Source: an uncultured archaeon
Lineage (GTDB): Archaea; Asgardarchaeota; Lokiarchaeia; Sigyniarchaeales; SOKP01
Direction: 5' to 3'
Length of the DNA stretch: 64,000 bases
Assembly (NCBI GenBank): GCA_964486045.1
Contig: CAZALK010000001.1
Coordinates: 616,242 to 680,241 of the forward strand
Below the pieces are notes generated by a model. The model was given only the letters and a program-made list of their open reading frames with translations, did no database searches and had not been told where the DNA came from. The translations under genes and the position numbers were made by a program. Shown here in pieces: positions 52,794 to 62,071 of this stretch (positions are counted from its first letter, which is position 1; the number at the start of each line of letters is the position of its first letter).

Positions 52794-55025
52794 TTATTTT
52801 TTTTTAAATTTAGAATATAGTGCTTTATCTAGTAAGCGCCCGATTCTTTTAGCTAATTGTGTAGCAATTTCATATCTTTCACCGTCAAGTAGATCTGGTT
52901 TATCTTTTAGGGTTTTGGATGAACCTACTCTTTTATTTATAACACTTAAGCTTAAATCACTTACTGTTTTCTTAATTTTTTCATAATCTGGAAAAATTAC
53001 TTTGGGATCAAAAGATTTGATTTTTTCTACAGCAAAATTAAAAAATTCGCTCATTAAATCTATTGGCTCACCTTTTAGTTCACTATGAAGTTTGATGTTC
53101 TCAATAGCAGTTTTAGAATCTTTTTCTTGCCAATACAGTTGATTCGGGTTAATACCAGGACTGTTAATTCTCATAAGGGAACCTGTAATTCTTCTTTCAA
53201 TCCAATTTAAAGTACTTAGTTCTTGTTTTTCACGTAATTTCTGGGATTCTGTTTCTTTTTCTTTCTCTTTTGCTTTAATTTTTTGTTCTACTTCCGATTT
53301 CCGTGTTTGTTCAACCTTTTCTAACCTCTTGACTAGATCATACCCAATACAATAAGAAATGGGCGAGATCAGATCAGATTTTAATTTTAATACAGCTATA
53401 TCCTCGTAAATTGGGCTAACCTCATTTTCTAGCTCCGAAATTCCCTCTTTTAAAGAAGTTTCAATAAGTCGTGCTAAAATAAATCCATTGACTAAGAATG
53501 GTTGGTTCGAAGCATTAAAGACAATAACCAATTCTTCTTGTCTTTTAATTATACGCTCAATTATTAATTCTTCTAACTTAATTCTTACCCAATCTTCTGA
53601 ATTTGTTGTACCAAATATCTTTTTCAGGGCTAAAAGGTATAAGGATCTATCATTAGATACTTTAAAAAATGATTCAATTATTCTACTGAGTTGCCTTAAA
53701 ATTTTGGATAAGATATAGAAAAAAATGTCTTTCACTATTTCATTGATAATTTCATCAAATTCTAGAACAAATATTATATGGGAATAATTTATTAATTCTA
53801 ATTCATCAATGAATACTCTATCGATAATTTGCTTTTTTGTTTTATAATCTTCTATATCATTTTTATTATGTTTTTTATCATTTAACGCTACGATGTCAAG
53901 TTTATTTAGATTGTACCTGATCATATTTCTTTTTACTTTTTCAGATAAATCGTCGTCTATATTTAAGAGGTAGAAAATGTTAAAAACTCCGTACTTATTC
54001 AGCATATAGATAATTTCATCAAAACTAGATTCATTTAAACATTGTATATAATAGATAAAATCGTTCGGATTTTCTTTCAATTTTCTGATTAAAATAAATT
54101 TTAAATAATTAAGATTTTTTTTCTCAAACTGTTCATAATTTATTTTTTCTTTAAGACCATCTTCAATATTTCTTATTAAATCTTTTTTAATCTCATTAGC
54201 TTCTTCGAAAGCTTTCATTCCAGGAATGGAAATAGGAAAACGCTCAAAATTATAATCTATCACTCGTTTTTTAATCATTCTAACAGGCATTGCTTCAATT
54301 TGTAATTCTTTATATGACCTAAACTCAAAATCCAAACGGATTTTATCTATTATTCTCCCCAGTGAGGTTAATTCGATCAACTTATCTTCCTTTTCTTCTG
54401 ATTCCAATTTTTTTTCAATATCTACGGAGATTTCTTTGAAGGCGGAACTTTCTTCTAAAATTTCAGTCTTAACTTTATTAACTAGACCAATAAGATCACC
54501 AATTAAATCATAAAAATAAAATGGTGGATAATTCATTAATGTCTCTTGTATTTCTTGTTCAATTCGACTCTCAATATCCTTGAACTTTTTTTCTCTTTCA
54601 GTTTCTTGGAGATCTGAGGATCTATCATCAATCAGGAAGGAAAGAAAACTATTTTCAAGATCGATTATCTTATTTAAAAGGTTCACCTCTAAAGAAAACG
54701 AATTTTTTAGAAGGATTTCTACTTCCTCAAATAAACTTCTTTTTTCTAACAATTCTAACTTTCTAGTTGACTCAAAGGTAAATTTACTTGCGTCCAGTGT
54801 ACTTTGTACTCGAATCCCTAAATTATGATATATATGGATCGTAGCCGTTGCAATTAATAAATCATTAAAGGTTGTATCTTGCGTAACGAGCTCAAAAATT
54901 TTACCCATATCTGCTTCTCTTTTGAAATGCGAAATTATTAAATCAACTGTTTGAAAAAATCTAGATGCACTTTCAACTGCCGTTGTCTTTCTCTTTACGC
55001 CACTTATCATACTTATTTCATCCAT
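52794..55025 (-). CDS. Large alpha-helical/coiled-coil hypothetical protein
   Basis: 743-aa ORF with E/K-rich helical segments; overlaps the upstream gene's stop (operon). Confidence 0.75.
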   Translation of the reverse strand: MDEISMISGVKRKTTAVESASRFFQTVDLIISHFKREADMGKIFELVTQDTTFNDLLIATATIHIYHNLGIRVQSTLDASKFTFESTRKLELLEKRSLFEEVEILLKNSFSLEVNLLNKIIDLENSFLSFLIDDRSSDLQETEREKKFKDIESRIEQEIQETLMNYPPFYFYDLIGDLIGLVNKVKTEILEESSAFKEISVDIEKKLESEEKEDKLIELTSLGRIIDKIRLDFEFRSYKELQIEAMPVRMIKKRVIDYNFERFPISIPGMKAFEEANEIKKDLIRNIEDGLKEKINYEQFEKKNLNYLKFILIRKLKENPNDFIYYIQCLNESSFDEIIYMLNKYGVFNIFYLLNIDDDLSEKVKRNMIRYNLNKLDIVALNDKKHNKNDIEDYKTKKQIIDRVFIDELELINYSHIIFVLEFDEIINEIVKDIFFYILSKILRQLSRIIESFFKVSNDRSLYLLALKKIFGTTNSEDWVRIKLEELIIERIIKRQEELVIVFNASNQPFLVNGFILARLIETSLKEGISELENEVSPIYEDIAVLKLKSDLISPISYCIGYDLVKRLEKVEQTRKSEVEQKIKAKEKEKETESQKLREKQELSTLNWIERRITGSLMRINSPGINPNQLYWQEKDSKTAIENIKLHSELKGEPIDLMSEFFNFAVEKIKSFDPKVIFPDYEKIKKTVSDLSLSVINKRVGSSKTLKDKPDLLDGERYEIATQLAKRIGRLLDKALYSKFKKK

Positions 55026-57307
55026 TCTCTATAAACTTCTTTAAAATTATCTGATAGTTCGAACCGAACATTGTTATGCCAAAACTTAAAATTTATTACA
55101 TGAAAAAGATCCCCCTTAAATAATTCTTTTTCTTTATTTGTTAAATTATGCTTTAAAATTAAAGAAAGTGGCCTTGGAATAAGTTTTGAAAAGTATTTTA
55201 ACATTGTATTTTCGATATAACTATAATAGGTATCATTATTATTCATGCGGAAGAAATTAATTGGATACCTTTCTTCAATTTGAAAATCCAATATGTTTAA
55301 TGCATGTTCTATTTTTTCCTTAACATATTTTGGGAATTCCTCGTTGATTCCTAAGCTTAATTCATAATTATTGTAAAAATCAACTAATTTTTCTTTCACT
55401 TCAACATTGGAGATTTCTGCAATATAATTATCCAAGAATTCCAAAAATTTCTTTAGTTTCTGTTCACTAGCTTCTCGATTTTCAAGGTATTCTAAGAAAT
55501 TATTGTAAACCTCAGGTAAAGTCCAGTCCTTTCTATCCTCAATTTTTAGAAACTTTTTAGAATAGTCATTTATCCACTGTAAGACATACGATTTCCACTC
55601 TAGATTAATTCCACCAATCCTTTTTTCTAAAAAACGATAGAATTTATTAGCGAAACTAATAGGATCTTGGATTTCACTTTCTGATTCATCCTTAATAAAG
55701 CGATTTATTGTTGAATGCCTAAGTATATAACTTAATAAGTAATCTAATTCACTTGAGAATTTTTTAAATTTTTTTATGTGAAATATGATTAGATTAACAT
55801 CCTGATCCATTTGAATTTCAGCAAACGAGACTAAATCTCCTATCTTCAACCTAATATTATCAAAAAAAAAGTCAATGTTATTCTTAACTAAATTACGGAA
55901 CTCTACTATAAGTTTTTTTTCATCAAAAAATTTTGACACATTGATCGATTGAACTTCTATTAAATTAGAAAGATGTTCTTTAAATTTCTCAATTAAATTT
56001 AATCCCAAAATTTTAGCAGGTTTTTGCTCCTTATCAAATTGAGCTTTAAGATTTTCTGTTAATTCAATTACCAATGTTTTTAATCGACGATGAGAAAAAT
56101 AAGCTGGAAATGATCTTCTTATCATTTCCAAGCTTCTCTTAACAATTTCTGAAAAATAGTTAAACACAGAACTTAATTCCGAAACTCTTAAATTCTCCGT
56201 CTGGATAACTGACTGGTTCATAAACTTGATAGCAATTCCGCAAATTTCCTCAAAATCTTCATTTTCTAATTTTCCCTTATTTGCGATAAAAAGTGTGTAG
56301 TTCTCTACTAATATTGATAAATCTCCCATTTCTCCTAATTTGAGAAAATCAGATGAATACTCCAAAAATTTATTTAAATACCTTTCCAGGGTTAATAATA
56401 TCCTAGTTGTCTGGGAAATTAACCATTCTCCTGTGTGAAGTTCTTTAGAATCAATGATTTTTTTTCTGATTCTTTTTATCAGATATTTTACTAATTCATC
56501 TTGATATTCATCTAATGTTCCAATATTTGCTAGATTAATAAGACTTGATCCTAGATTTAATGTCTTATCAACGATAAAATTCGCACTTGGTTCAGAAATC
56601 GAATACTTAAGATGTTCTAGTGCCTCTCGACCTTCAAAAGGCATCTTTACCTTTTCATATCTACTGTTTAATAAATTCATTTCAACTGGTTTTTTATACC
56701 ATAAAATCTTCACATCGGACAAAATTTTAGCATATGTGTTTAATTTCTCTTTTTCTGTTGGAAGTGATGTACTTAGCCCAATTAGTTTCTTATTCCATTT
56801 CTCTTCGATTAATTCTCCAAAAAGCCTTTTGCTAAACCTTGTAGCAAACTTGTTATAAAAATTTTGTTTACTAACATTAGAAAGATCTGGTCGGTCAGCA
56901 AACTCTTCCACTTCATAAAATAATTTGCTTATATTATTCATTGAGGTTCTAGTTTTGTGAACATCCAAGTAACCTGTTTCTGGTTTTAATGCAAGGAGTA
57001 AACTTTCACAGTCTTTATACCCTCCTGGAATATATATCATCGATTTTGGGTAAATTTGCGTTTTTGAAGCGCTTTCATCAAGATTATATAATTCAAATTC
57101 AATACTAAATACTTCCGCTCCAGTGTAATCCCTCAATATCGCATTATACATTGATAAATATTTAATAACTTCCCGTGAAAGTTCATTTACTTTGTCTTTA
57201 GTTAATCTTCCTGGTCCAATAACGTCACCCGCAATGATATCATTTGGAGATGAATATCCAAATATCAAGGAAAACTGGTAATTAATAGATTCTCGTGTGG
57301 TTATCAT
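55013..57307 (-). CDS. Large hypothetical protein; N-terminus possibly longin-like, remainder helical
   Basis: 764-aa ORF; first ~160 aa show a beta-beta-alpha-beta-beta-beta-alpha-alpha pattern by eye. Confidence 0.7.
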   Translation of the reverse strand: MITTRESINYQFSLIFGYSSPNDIIAGDVIGPGRLTKDKVNELSREVIKYLSMYNAILRDYTGAEVFSIEFELYNLDESASKTQIYPKSMIYIPGGYKDCESLLLALKPETGYLDVHKTRTSMNNISKLFYEVEEFADRPDLSNVSKQNFYNKFATRFSKRLFGELIEEKWNKKLIGLSTSLPTEKEKLNTYAKILSDVKILWYKKPVEMNLLNSRYEKVKMPFEGREALEHLKYSISEPSANFIVDKTLNLGSSLINLANIGTLDEYQDELVKYLIKRIRKKIIDSKELHTGEWLISQTTRILLTLERYLNKFLEYSSDFLKLGEMGDLSILVENYTLFIANKGKLENEDFEEICGIAIKFMNQSVIQTENLRVSELSSVFNYFSEIVKRSLEMIRRSFPAYFSHRRLKTLVIELTENLKAQFDKEQKPAKILGLNLIEKFKEHLSNLIEVQSINVSKFFDEKKLIVEFRNLVKNNIDFFFDNIRLKIGDLVSFAEIQMDQDVNLIIFHIKKFKKFSSELDYLLSYILRHSTINRFIKDESESEIQDPISFANKFYRFLEKRIGGINLEWKSYVLQWINDYSKKFLKIEDRKDWTLPEVYNNFLEYLENREASEQKLKKFLEFLDNYIAEISNVEVKEKLVDFYNNYELSLGINEEFPKYVKEKIEHALNILDFQIEERYPINFFRMNNNDTYYSYIENTMLKYFSKLIPRPLSLILKHNLTNKEKELFKGDLFHVINFKFWHNNVRFELSDNFKEVYREWMK

Positions 57308-57590
57308 AATTTTATTAATGGAAAATATTTGTTCCTAATTTTTAAAATAAATTGTAGTATTTTTTTTAAACAAAATATGCAAAAATTTAGGAGTTGGGTT
57401 AAATATTTATAAATTTATATAATATTAAAATTTAATTTTGAATGATAAGTTGTTATATCATCTAGATCTCCACAATGAATCGTTCTTTTCAATCTCTATT
57501 AATTAAAAATATAAAAATATAATAAGAAAAACATTTATTATAATTATAACAATTATTAAAAATTCCTTATGGCACTAAAGGTGTAGGTTT

Positions 57591-57995
57591 ATTCAGTTTG
57601 GATCTGATTTAGGAATAAATCAAGAAGATATAGAGAAAATTAGTCCTCAAATTACGTTTATTACATCTAATGCAGATATTGAGGCTATTGCGCTTGTAAG
57701 TTCTGAGGGTTACCAGATTGCATTTTCAGCATTACCCCAATATCATGCTGATGGAGATCAGTTTTGCGGTCTTGCAAGTGCATTATTGATGACAGGGAGA
57801 TCTACAATTCAAACATTGTTTCAAGAGGATTTAAGTGAAATCATTGTAAGAGCAGAAAATGGCTACATAATCATAACCAATGCGGGACGATTAGTAATAG
57901 TATGTGCGGGAACTATTATTGATACTTTGATGAAATCTGTGAAGGTCATGCGCATTGCGGCTAAAAATTTATATAAGATTTTCGAAAATAGATAG
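57591..57995 (+). CDS. Roadblock/LC7 protein (longer than the track call; start uncertain)
   Basis: Frame open from 57579: ...IEAIALVSSEGYQIAFS...FCGLASALLMTG...EIIVRAENGYIII; no ATG/GTG/TTG before 57786; ATT at 57591 follows AGGTG. Confidence 0.75.
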   Translation: MQFGSDLGINQEDIEKISPQITFITSNADIEAIALVSSEGYQIAFSALPQYHADGDQFCGLASALLMTGRSTIQTLFQEDLSEIIVRAENGYIIITNAGRLVIVCAGTIIDTLMKSVKVMRIAAKNLYKIFENR

Positions 57996-58178
57996 AATTT
58001 CCATTCTTATTTTCCTCAACCATTTTCTCGATAAATAAGACTATACATTAATTTATCATTAATGTAATGTTTGGCTCTCAACTCTATAATGCTATTTCAA
58101 AAATATCAATCGAAAAGAGTTAACTTTTTAAACCTTAAAATAATCAATATCATTAAATTATCTTTTAATAATTGATTT

Positions 58179-58253
58179 ATGACACTTGCTAGAAACCTAT
58201 TGTGGTGTTGGCAGTGGCCTTGGCGTGGCGATACCGCCTTATCATTGGAATAA
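58179..58253 (+). CDS. Trp-rich leader peptide (TrpL-like), 24 aa: MTLARNLLWCWQWPWRGDTALSLE
   Basis: ATG..TAA with TGG TGT TGG CAG TGG CCT TGG; 133 nt upstream of trpB2; locally GC-rich. Confidence 0.8.
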   Translation: MTLARNLLWCWQWPWRGDTALSLE

Positions 58254-58268
58254 TTAATTAAAAACACA

Positions 58269-58294
58269 TCTCTCTTACTCTTTTTTGTCTTTTC
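58269..58294 (+). terminator. Pyrimidine/oligo-T tract between the leader and trpB2 (candidate conditional terminator)
   Basis: TCTCTCTTACTCTTTTTTGTCTTTTC, 15 nt after the leader stop. Confidence 0.55.
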
Positions 58295-58386
58295 AAAAAA
58301 AAATTATATCTTATGTGCATTAATCTGTTGATATCCAATAAATTAATGACACACATTTAATATAAAGAAAAAAAAGTGAAACTAAA

Positions 58387-59790
58387 ATGATAGATTATTT
58401 CAAAGCAAGGATATTTTTAGAACCAAGCGAGGTTCCAAAGGAATGGATAAATATCATACCAGATCTACCCACTCCTATAACTCCATTGGTTAACCCAATG
58501 GATGGAAAACCTGCACCGCCAGAAATGGCATTTGCAATTTTTCCCAAAGAATGTGTACTGCAAGAAGTATCACAAGAGAAGACAATTCCTATCCCAAATG
58601 AGCTGAGAGAAATTTATGCTAAAACTTATAGACCAACACCCCTCCATCGCGCCTTAGGGTTAGAGCGGGAGTTGGGAATAGAAGGAGATGATATTAAAAT
58701 ATTTTATAAGAACGAATCAACATCTCCTACGGGATCACATAAACCAAATACTGCGATAGCTCAAGCATTCTATGCAAAAAAAGATGGATTAGAAGGGTTA
58801 GTTACAGAAACAGGGGCGGGACAATGGGGATCCGGCTTAGCGTACGGATGTAATTTATTCGATATCAAATGTACAGTTTACATGGTCAGAGCAAGTTTTA
58901 TACAAAAACCAGGTAGAAAAATCTTAATGAGGTCTTATGATGCTGAAGTTCATGCAAGTCCTTCAAGATTTACAGAATCAGGAAAAAGCTTTTTAGAAAA
59001 AGATCCAGATCATCCTGGAAGCCTAGGAATTGCAATCTCTGAAGCTATTGAACATAGTATGAGTAGCGATAAAATAAGGTATTCTTTAGGATCTGTAGTA
59101 AATTTTGTGCTTTTGCATCAAACGGTTATTGGGCAAGAAGCTAAGATACAATTAAATAAGGTGGGGATCAAAGATCCTGATATAGTAATTGGTTGTATGG
59201 GCGGAGGATCTAACTTCTCTGGGTTAATGATTCCTTTCGCTAGGGACAAATTAACTGGAGTTAACTCAGAAATTGAGATTATTGGGGTGGAACCACGAGC
59301 CTGCCCAAGTGTGTGTAAGGGAGAGTATCGGTGGGATTTTGGGGATACCGCAATGAAAGGACCTATCGCTAAGATGTACACATTAGGTCATACTTTTATT
59401 CCAAGCCCGATTCACGCTGGTGGATTAAGGTATCATGGAATTGCTCCAATAGTTTCAATTTTATACGACAATAAGGTAATATCAGCGACTATGCATCATC
59501 AAACCGAAGTTATCAAAGCTGGGATTCAATTTGCGAAAACGGAAGGAATTCTCCCCGCACCTGAAACCGCACATGCTATAAAAGAAACCATCGATCAAGC
59601 TTTAAAAGCTAAAGAAAACAACGAAAAGAAGGTAATTCTCTTTAATTTTAGCGGTCATGGATACTTTGATTTATTAGCTTATAAAGAATTTATGACAGGT
59701 GCATTAGAAGACTATGAATTACCAACCGAGAACATTCAAAAAGCCTTACAGTCAGAAGAAATGCCCAACATCAATGAAGCAGAATTTTAA
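58387..59790 (+). CDS. trpB2: Tryptophan synthase beta chain, TrpB2 type
   Basis: RPTPLHRA, GSHKPNTA, TETGAGQWG, PGSLGIAISEA, GGGSNF, HAGGLRYHG, SGHG. Confidence 0.96.
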   Translation: MIDYFKARIFLEPSEVPKEWINIIPDLPTPITPLVNPMDGKPAPPEMAFAIFPKECVLQEVSQEKTIPIPNELREIYAKTYRPTPLHRALGLERELGIEGDDIKIFYKNESTSPTGSHKPNTAIAQAFYAKKDGLEGLVTETGAGQWGSGLAYGCNLFDIKCTVYMVRASFIQKPGRKILMRSYDAEVHASPSRFTESGKSFLEKDPDHPGSLGIAISEAIEHSMSSDKIRYSLGSVVNFVLLHQTVIGQEAKIQLNKVGIKDPDIVIGCMGGGSNFSGLMIPFARDKLTGVNSEIEIIGVEPRACPSVCKGEYRWDFGDTAMKGPIAKMYTLGHTFIPSPIHAGGLRYHGIAPIVSILYDNKVISATMHHQTEVIKAGIQFAKTEGILPAPETAHAIKETIDQALKAKENNEKKVILFNFSGHGYFDLLAYKEFMTGALEDYELPTENIQKALQSEEMPNINEAEF

Positions 59791-59898
59791 ACTGTAAAAT
59801 CATTATTTTTTTTTATTTTTTTTTAAAAACTTGATTTTGGGAAAATCTTAAAATCTAGGGATGCTTTAGATATTAAAATTTTAAGAGTTTGGTAATTA

Positions 59899-60966
59899 GT
59901 GAATATAACTTCGGTTATAATTTTATTTTTCCTCTATTCTTATAGTCTAATTCTGCTTTATATCACTTATTTAACAAAAAAAAAAGGTGATAAAGGAGCG
60001 TTCATCAACAATGCTGCGAATTCCATCGTTCTTATAACTTCAATTACAATTAACTTAGTTCTTATTCATGTTATTAATCCAATCAGAGTCCATTTCGTAG
60101 CTTTTCCTTTTGATCTATTGATGGTTTGTTTTATTCTGCTATATATACCCCTTTATACTCTTCTAGTACTAAAAGAAAAGAGAAAAGTAAGTAGAGGAAT
60201 GGGTTCATTAGAAGAGATTAGACCTAGGGCAAGAGATTTGCCATTAAAATATGATATTTATAGAAAATTAACTCATTTTGTCGTTCTGGGAATTATTTTC
60301 TTCTATTTTACTTTGGGATTTTTAATTCAAAATTTTTTTGTTTATATATTAGATTTTCTTCCAGATTTTTTTATTAGAATGTTTGATTTAGGTGATAATG
60401 TAATGATTTTTACTCAATATTTAGTGCTTTTCCTAGTAGGTGCGTCTTTAATTGGCCTATTAACAGCAGATTTCACTAGAATTTTAACACCAAAATATTA
60501 TCCTCTAAAGATAGTAAATCTATTACTAAAAAAAAAAGAGTTACATATGAGATTAGGACCTCATATCTCTATGAGCATTGGTTGTTTTTCAATAATCTTA
60601 CTATATGGTTTTATTCAACCAATTGGACCGTTGATAATTTGCTCTTCAATGGTTATGGCCGTTCTTGGTGATACATCGTCTAATTTAATTGGTAGGTTAA
60701 TTGGAAAAAAGAAGATCCGCACTACAAATAAAACCTACGAAGGACTATTTGCTGGAATTATTGTTGCCTTCATCTCCGGATTTATAGTTTTGTTATCACT
60801 TAAAGATTTTTACTTCCCAAAGAACCAGGGCTTATTTTTTATACCCTTTATTGGGGCTATAATCATTGGTTTGGTTGATTATTTTGATCTTGAAATTGAC
60901 GATAATTTATCCTATATATTCATTCTATCCACAGTACTATTTTTTAGTACACTCCTTCTTTTTTAA
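59899..60966 (+). CDS. Dolichol/phytol kinase-like (SEC59 / CTP-transferase family) membrane protein
   Basis: YRKLTH, GDTSSNLIG...NKTYEG and DDNL motifs. Confidence 0.82.
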   Translation: MNITSVIILFFLYSYSLILLYITYLTKKKGDKGAFINNAANSIVLITSITINLVLIHVINPIRVHFVAFPFDLLMVCFILLYIPLYTLLVLKEKRKVSRGMGSLEEIRPRARDLPLKYDIYRKLTHFVVLGIIFFYFTLGFLIQNFFVYILDFLPDFFIRMFDLGDNVMIFTQYLVLFLVGASLIGLLTADFTRILTPKYYPLKIVNLLLKKKELHMRLGPHISMSIGCFSIILLYGFIQPIGPLIICSSMVMAVLGDTSSNLIGRLIGKKKIRTTNKTYEGLFAGIIVAFISGFIVLLSLKDFYFPKNQGLFFIPFIGAIIIGLVDYFDLEIDDNLSYIFILSTVLFFSTLLLF

Positions 60967-61023
60967 GTCAATATACTCAAATTAGCTTTAACAAAATCTT
61001 TTTCAATTAAGTTGATTTAATTT

Positions 61024-61533
61024 ATGAAAATGATGGAAGAAAAATTAAAAATTGTTAAAATTTCTAAAGGGACTGTTATCGACCATATTGATGCGGGATA
61101 TGCTTTAACAATTCTAAACCTAACTGGTCTTGATGAAGTAAAAAATTTAATAACTATTGGCGTTAATGTCTCTTCTAAAAAATATAATACAAAAGATATC
61201 ATCAAAATTGAGAACGTATTTTTAAATGAAACTCAAATGCAACAAATCTCTATACTCTCACCAAATGCTACTATATCTTTAATTGAAAGCAATAACGTAA
61301 TTGAAAAAAAAAAAGTAAAATTGCCAAATACGATAAAAAAACTCATACTTTGTGTTAACCAAACCTGTATTTCAAATTCAGATGAACCAATATCAACCGA
61401 ATTTACGGTTCTTGAAGAAAAACCGTTAAAAATACAGTGCATCTATTGTGAGCGAATTTATAAATTAGAAGAAATAGTATTCACATTAAAAGAAAAAAAG
61501 GAAAAAATAGTGAAACAGCGAATTCTATTGTAA
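61024..61533 (+). CDS. pyrI: Aspartate carbamoyltransferase regulatory chain
   Basis: GTVIDHI, KDIIKIE, SPNATI, C..TCISN, CIYCE. Confidence 0.95.
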   Translation: MKMMEEKLKIVKISKGTVIDHIDAGYALTILNLTGLDEVKNLITIGVNVSSKKYNTKDIIKIENVFLNETQMQQISILSPNATISLIESNNVIEKKKVKLPNTIKKLILCVNQTCISNSDEPISTEFTVLEEKPLKIQCIYCERIYKLEEIVFTLKEKKEKIVKQRILL

Positions 61534-61551
61534 CGTAATGATCAATTGTTA

Positions 61552-62001
61552 TTATGTAAATAAACCTAATATTGAAGAGAAATCTTGAATAAAAAATAGT
61601 ATAGTGTGAATCAAAACACCACTAATCATAAACATAAAGAAAAATATACCTATCCCAGGCAATACAATCTTTTTCCAATTCCATTCTTCTTTATCATATT
61701 CGTATTTTAAAATAAAAAAGCTTACAATAAAAGGAAAGAGAAACCACCATATTAACATCCATAAAAATAAAAACCATCCAATTAACCCAAACATTAATCT
61801 TCCACTAATAGCACATAAAGCACCGGTAATAGCTCTAATCCAATAAAGTTTTGTTTCTTTTTCTAGTCGAATATCTAAATCTGTTGCAGGGACTTTTATT
61901 CCTTTTTCTCCCTTAACTGATTTATGTTTAAATTCTTTCTGTTTCTCCTTTATTAACCTTTGCCTTCTTTTTCTAATATCTACTTTCTTACTCTTTCCCA
62001 T
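61552..62001 (-). CDS. EMC6/Rab5ip-like three-TM membrane protein
   Basis: KLYWIRAITGALCAISG...GLIGW...GIGIFFFMF resembles EMC6 topology. Confidence 0.6.
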   Translation of the reverse strand: MGKSKKVDIRKRRQRLIKEKQKEFKHKSVKGEKGIKVPATDLDIRLEKETKLYWIRAITGALCAISGRLMFGLIGWFLFLWMLIWWFLFPFIVSFFILKYEYDKEEWNWKKIVLPGIGIFFFMFMISGVLIHTILFFIQDFSSILGLFT

Positions 62002-62071
62002 ATTAATAATATAAATATTATTTACTATAAAAATAATTATATATCTTGATAAATTAAAAACTAGACAAACT

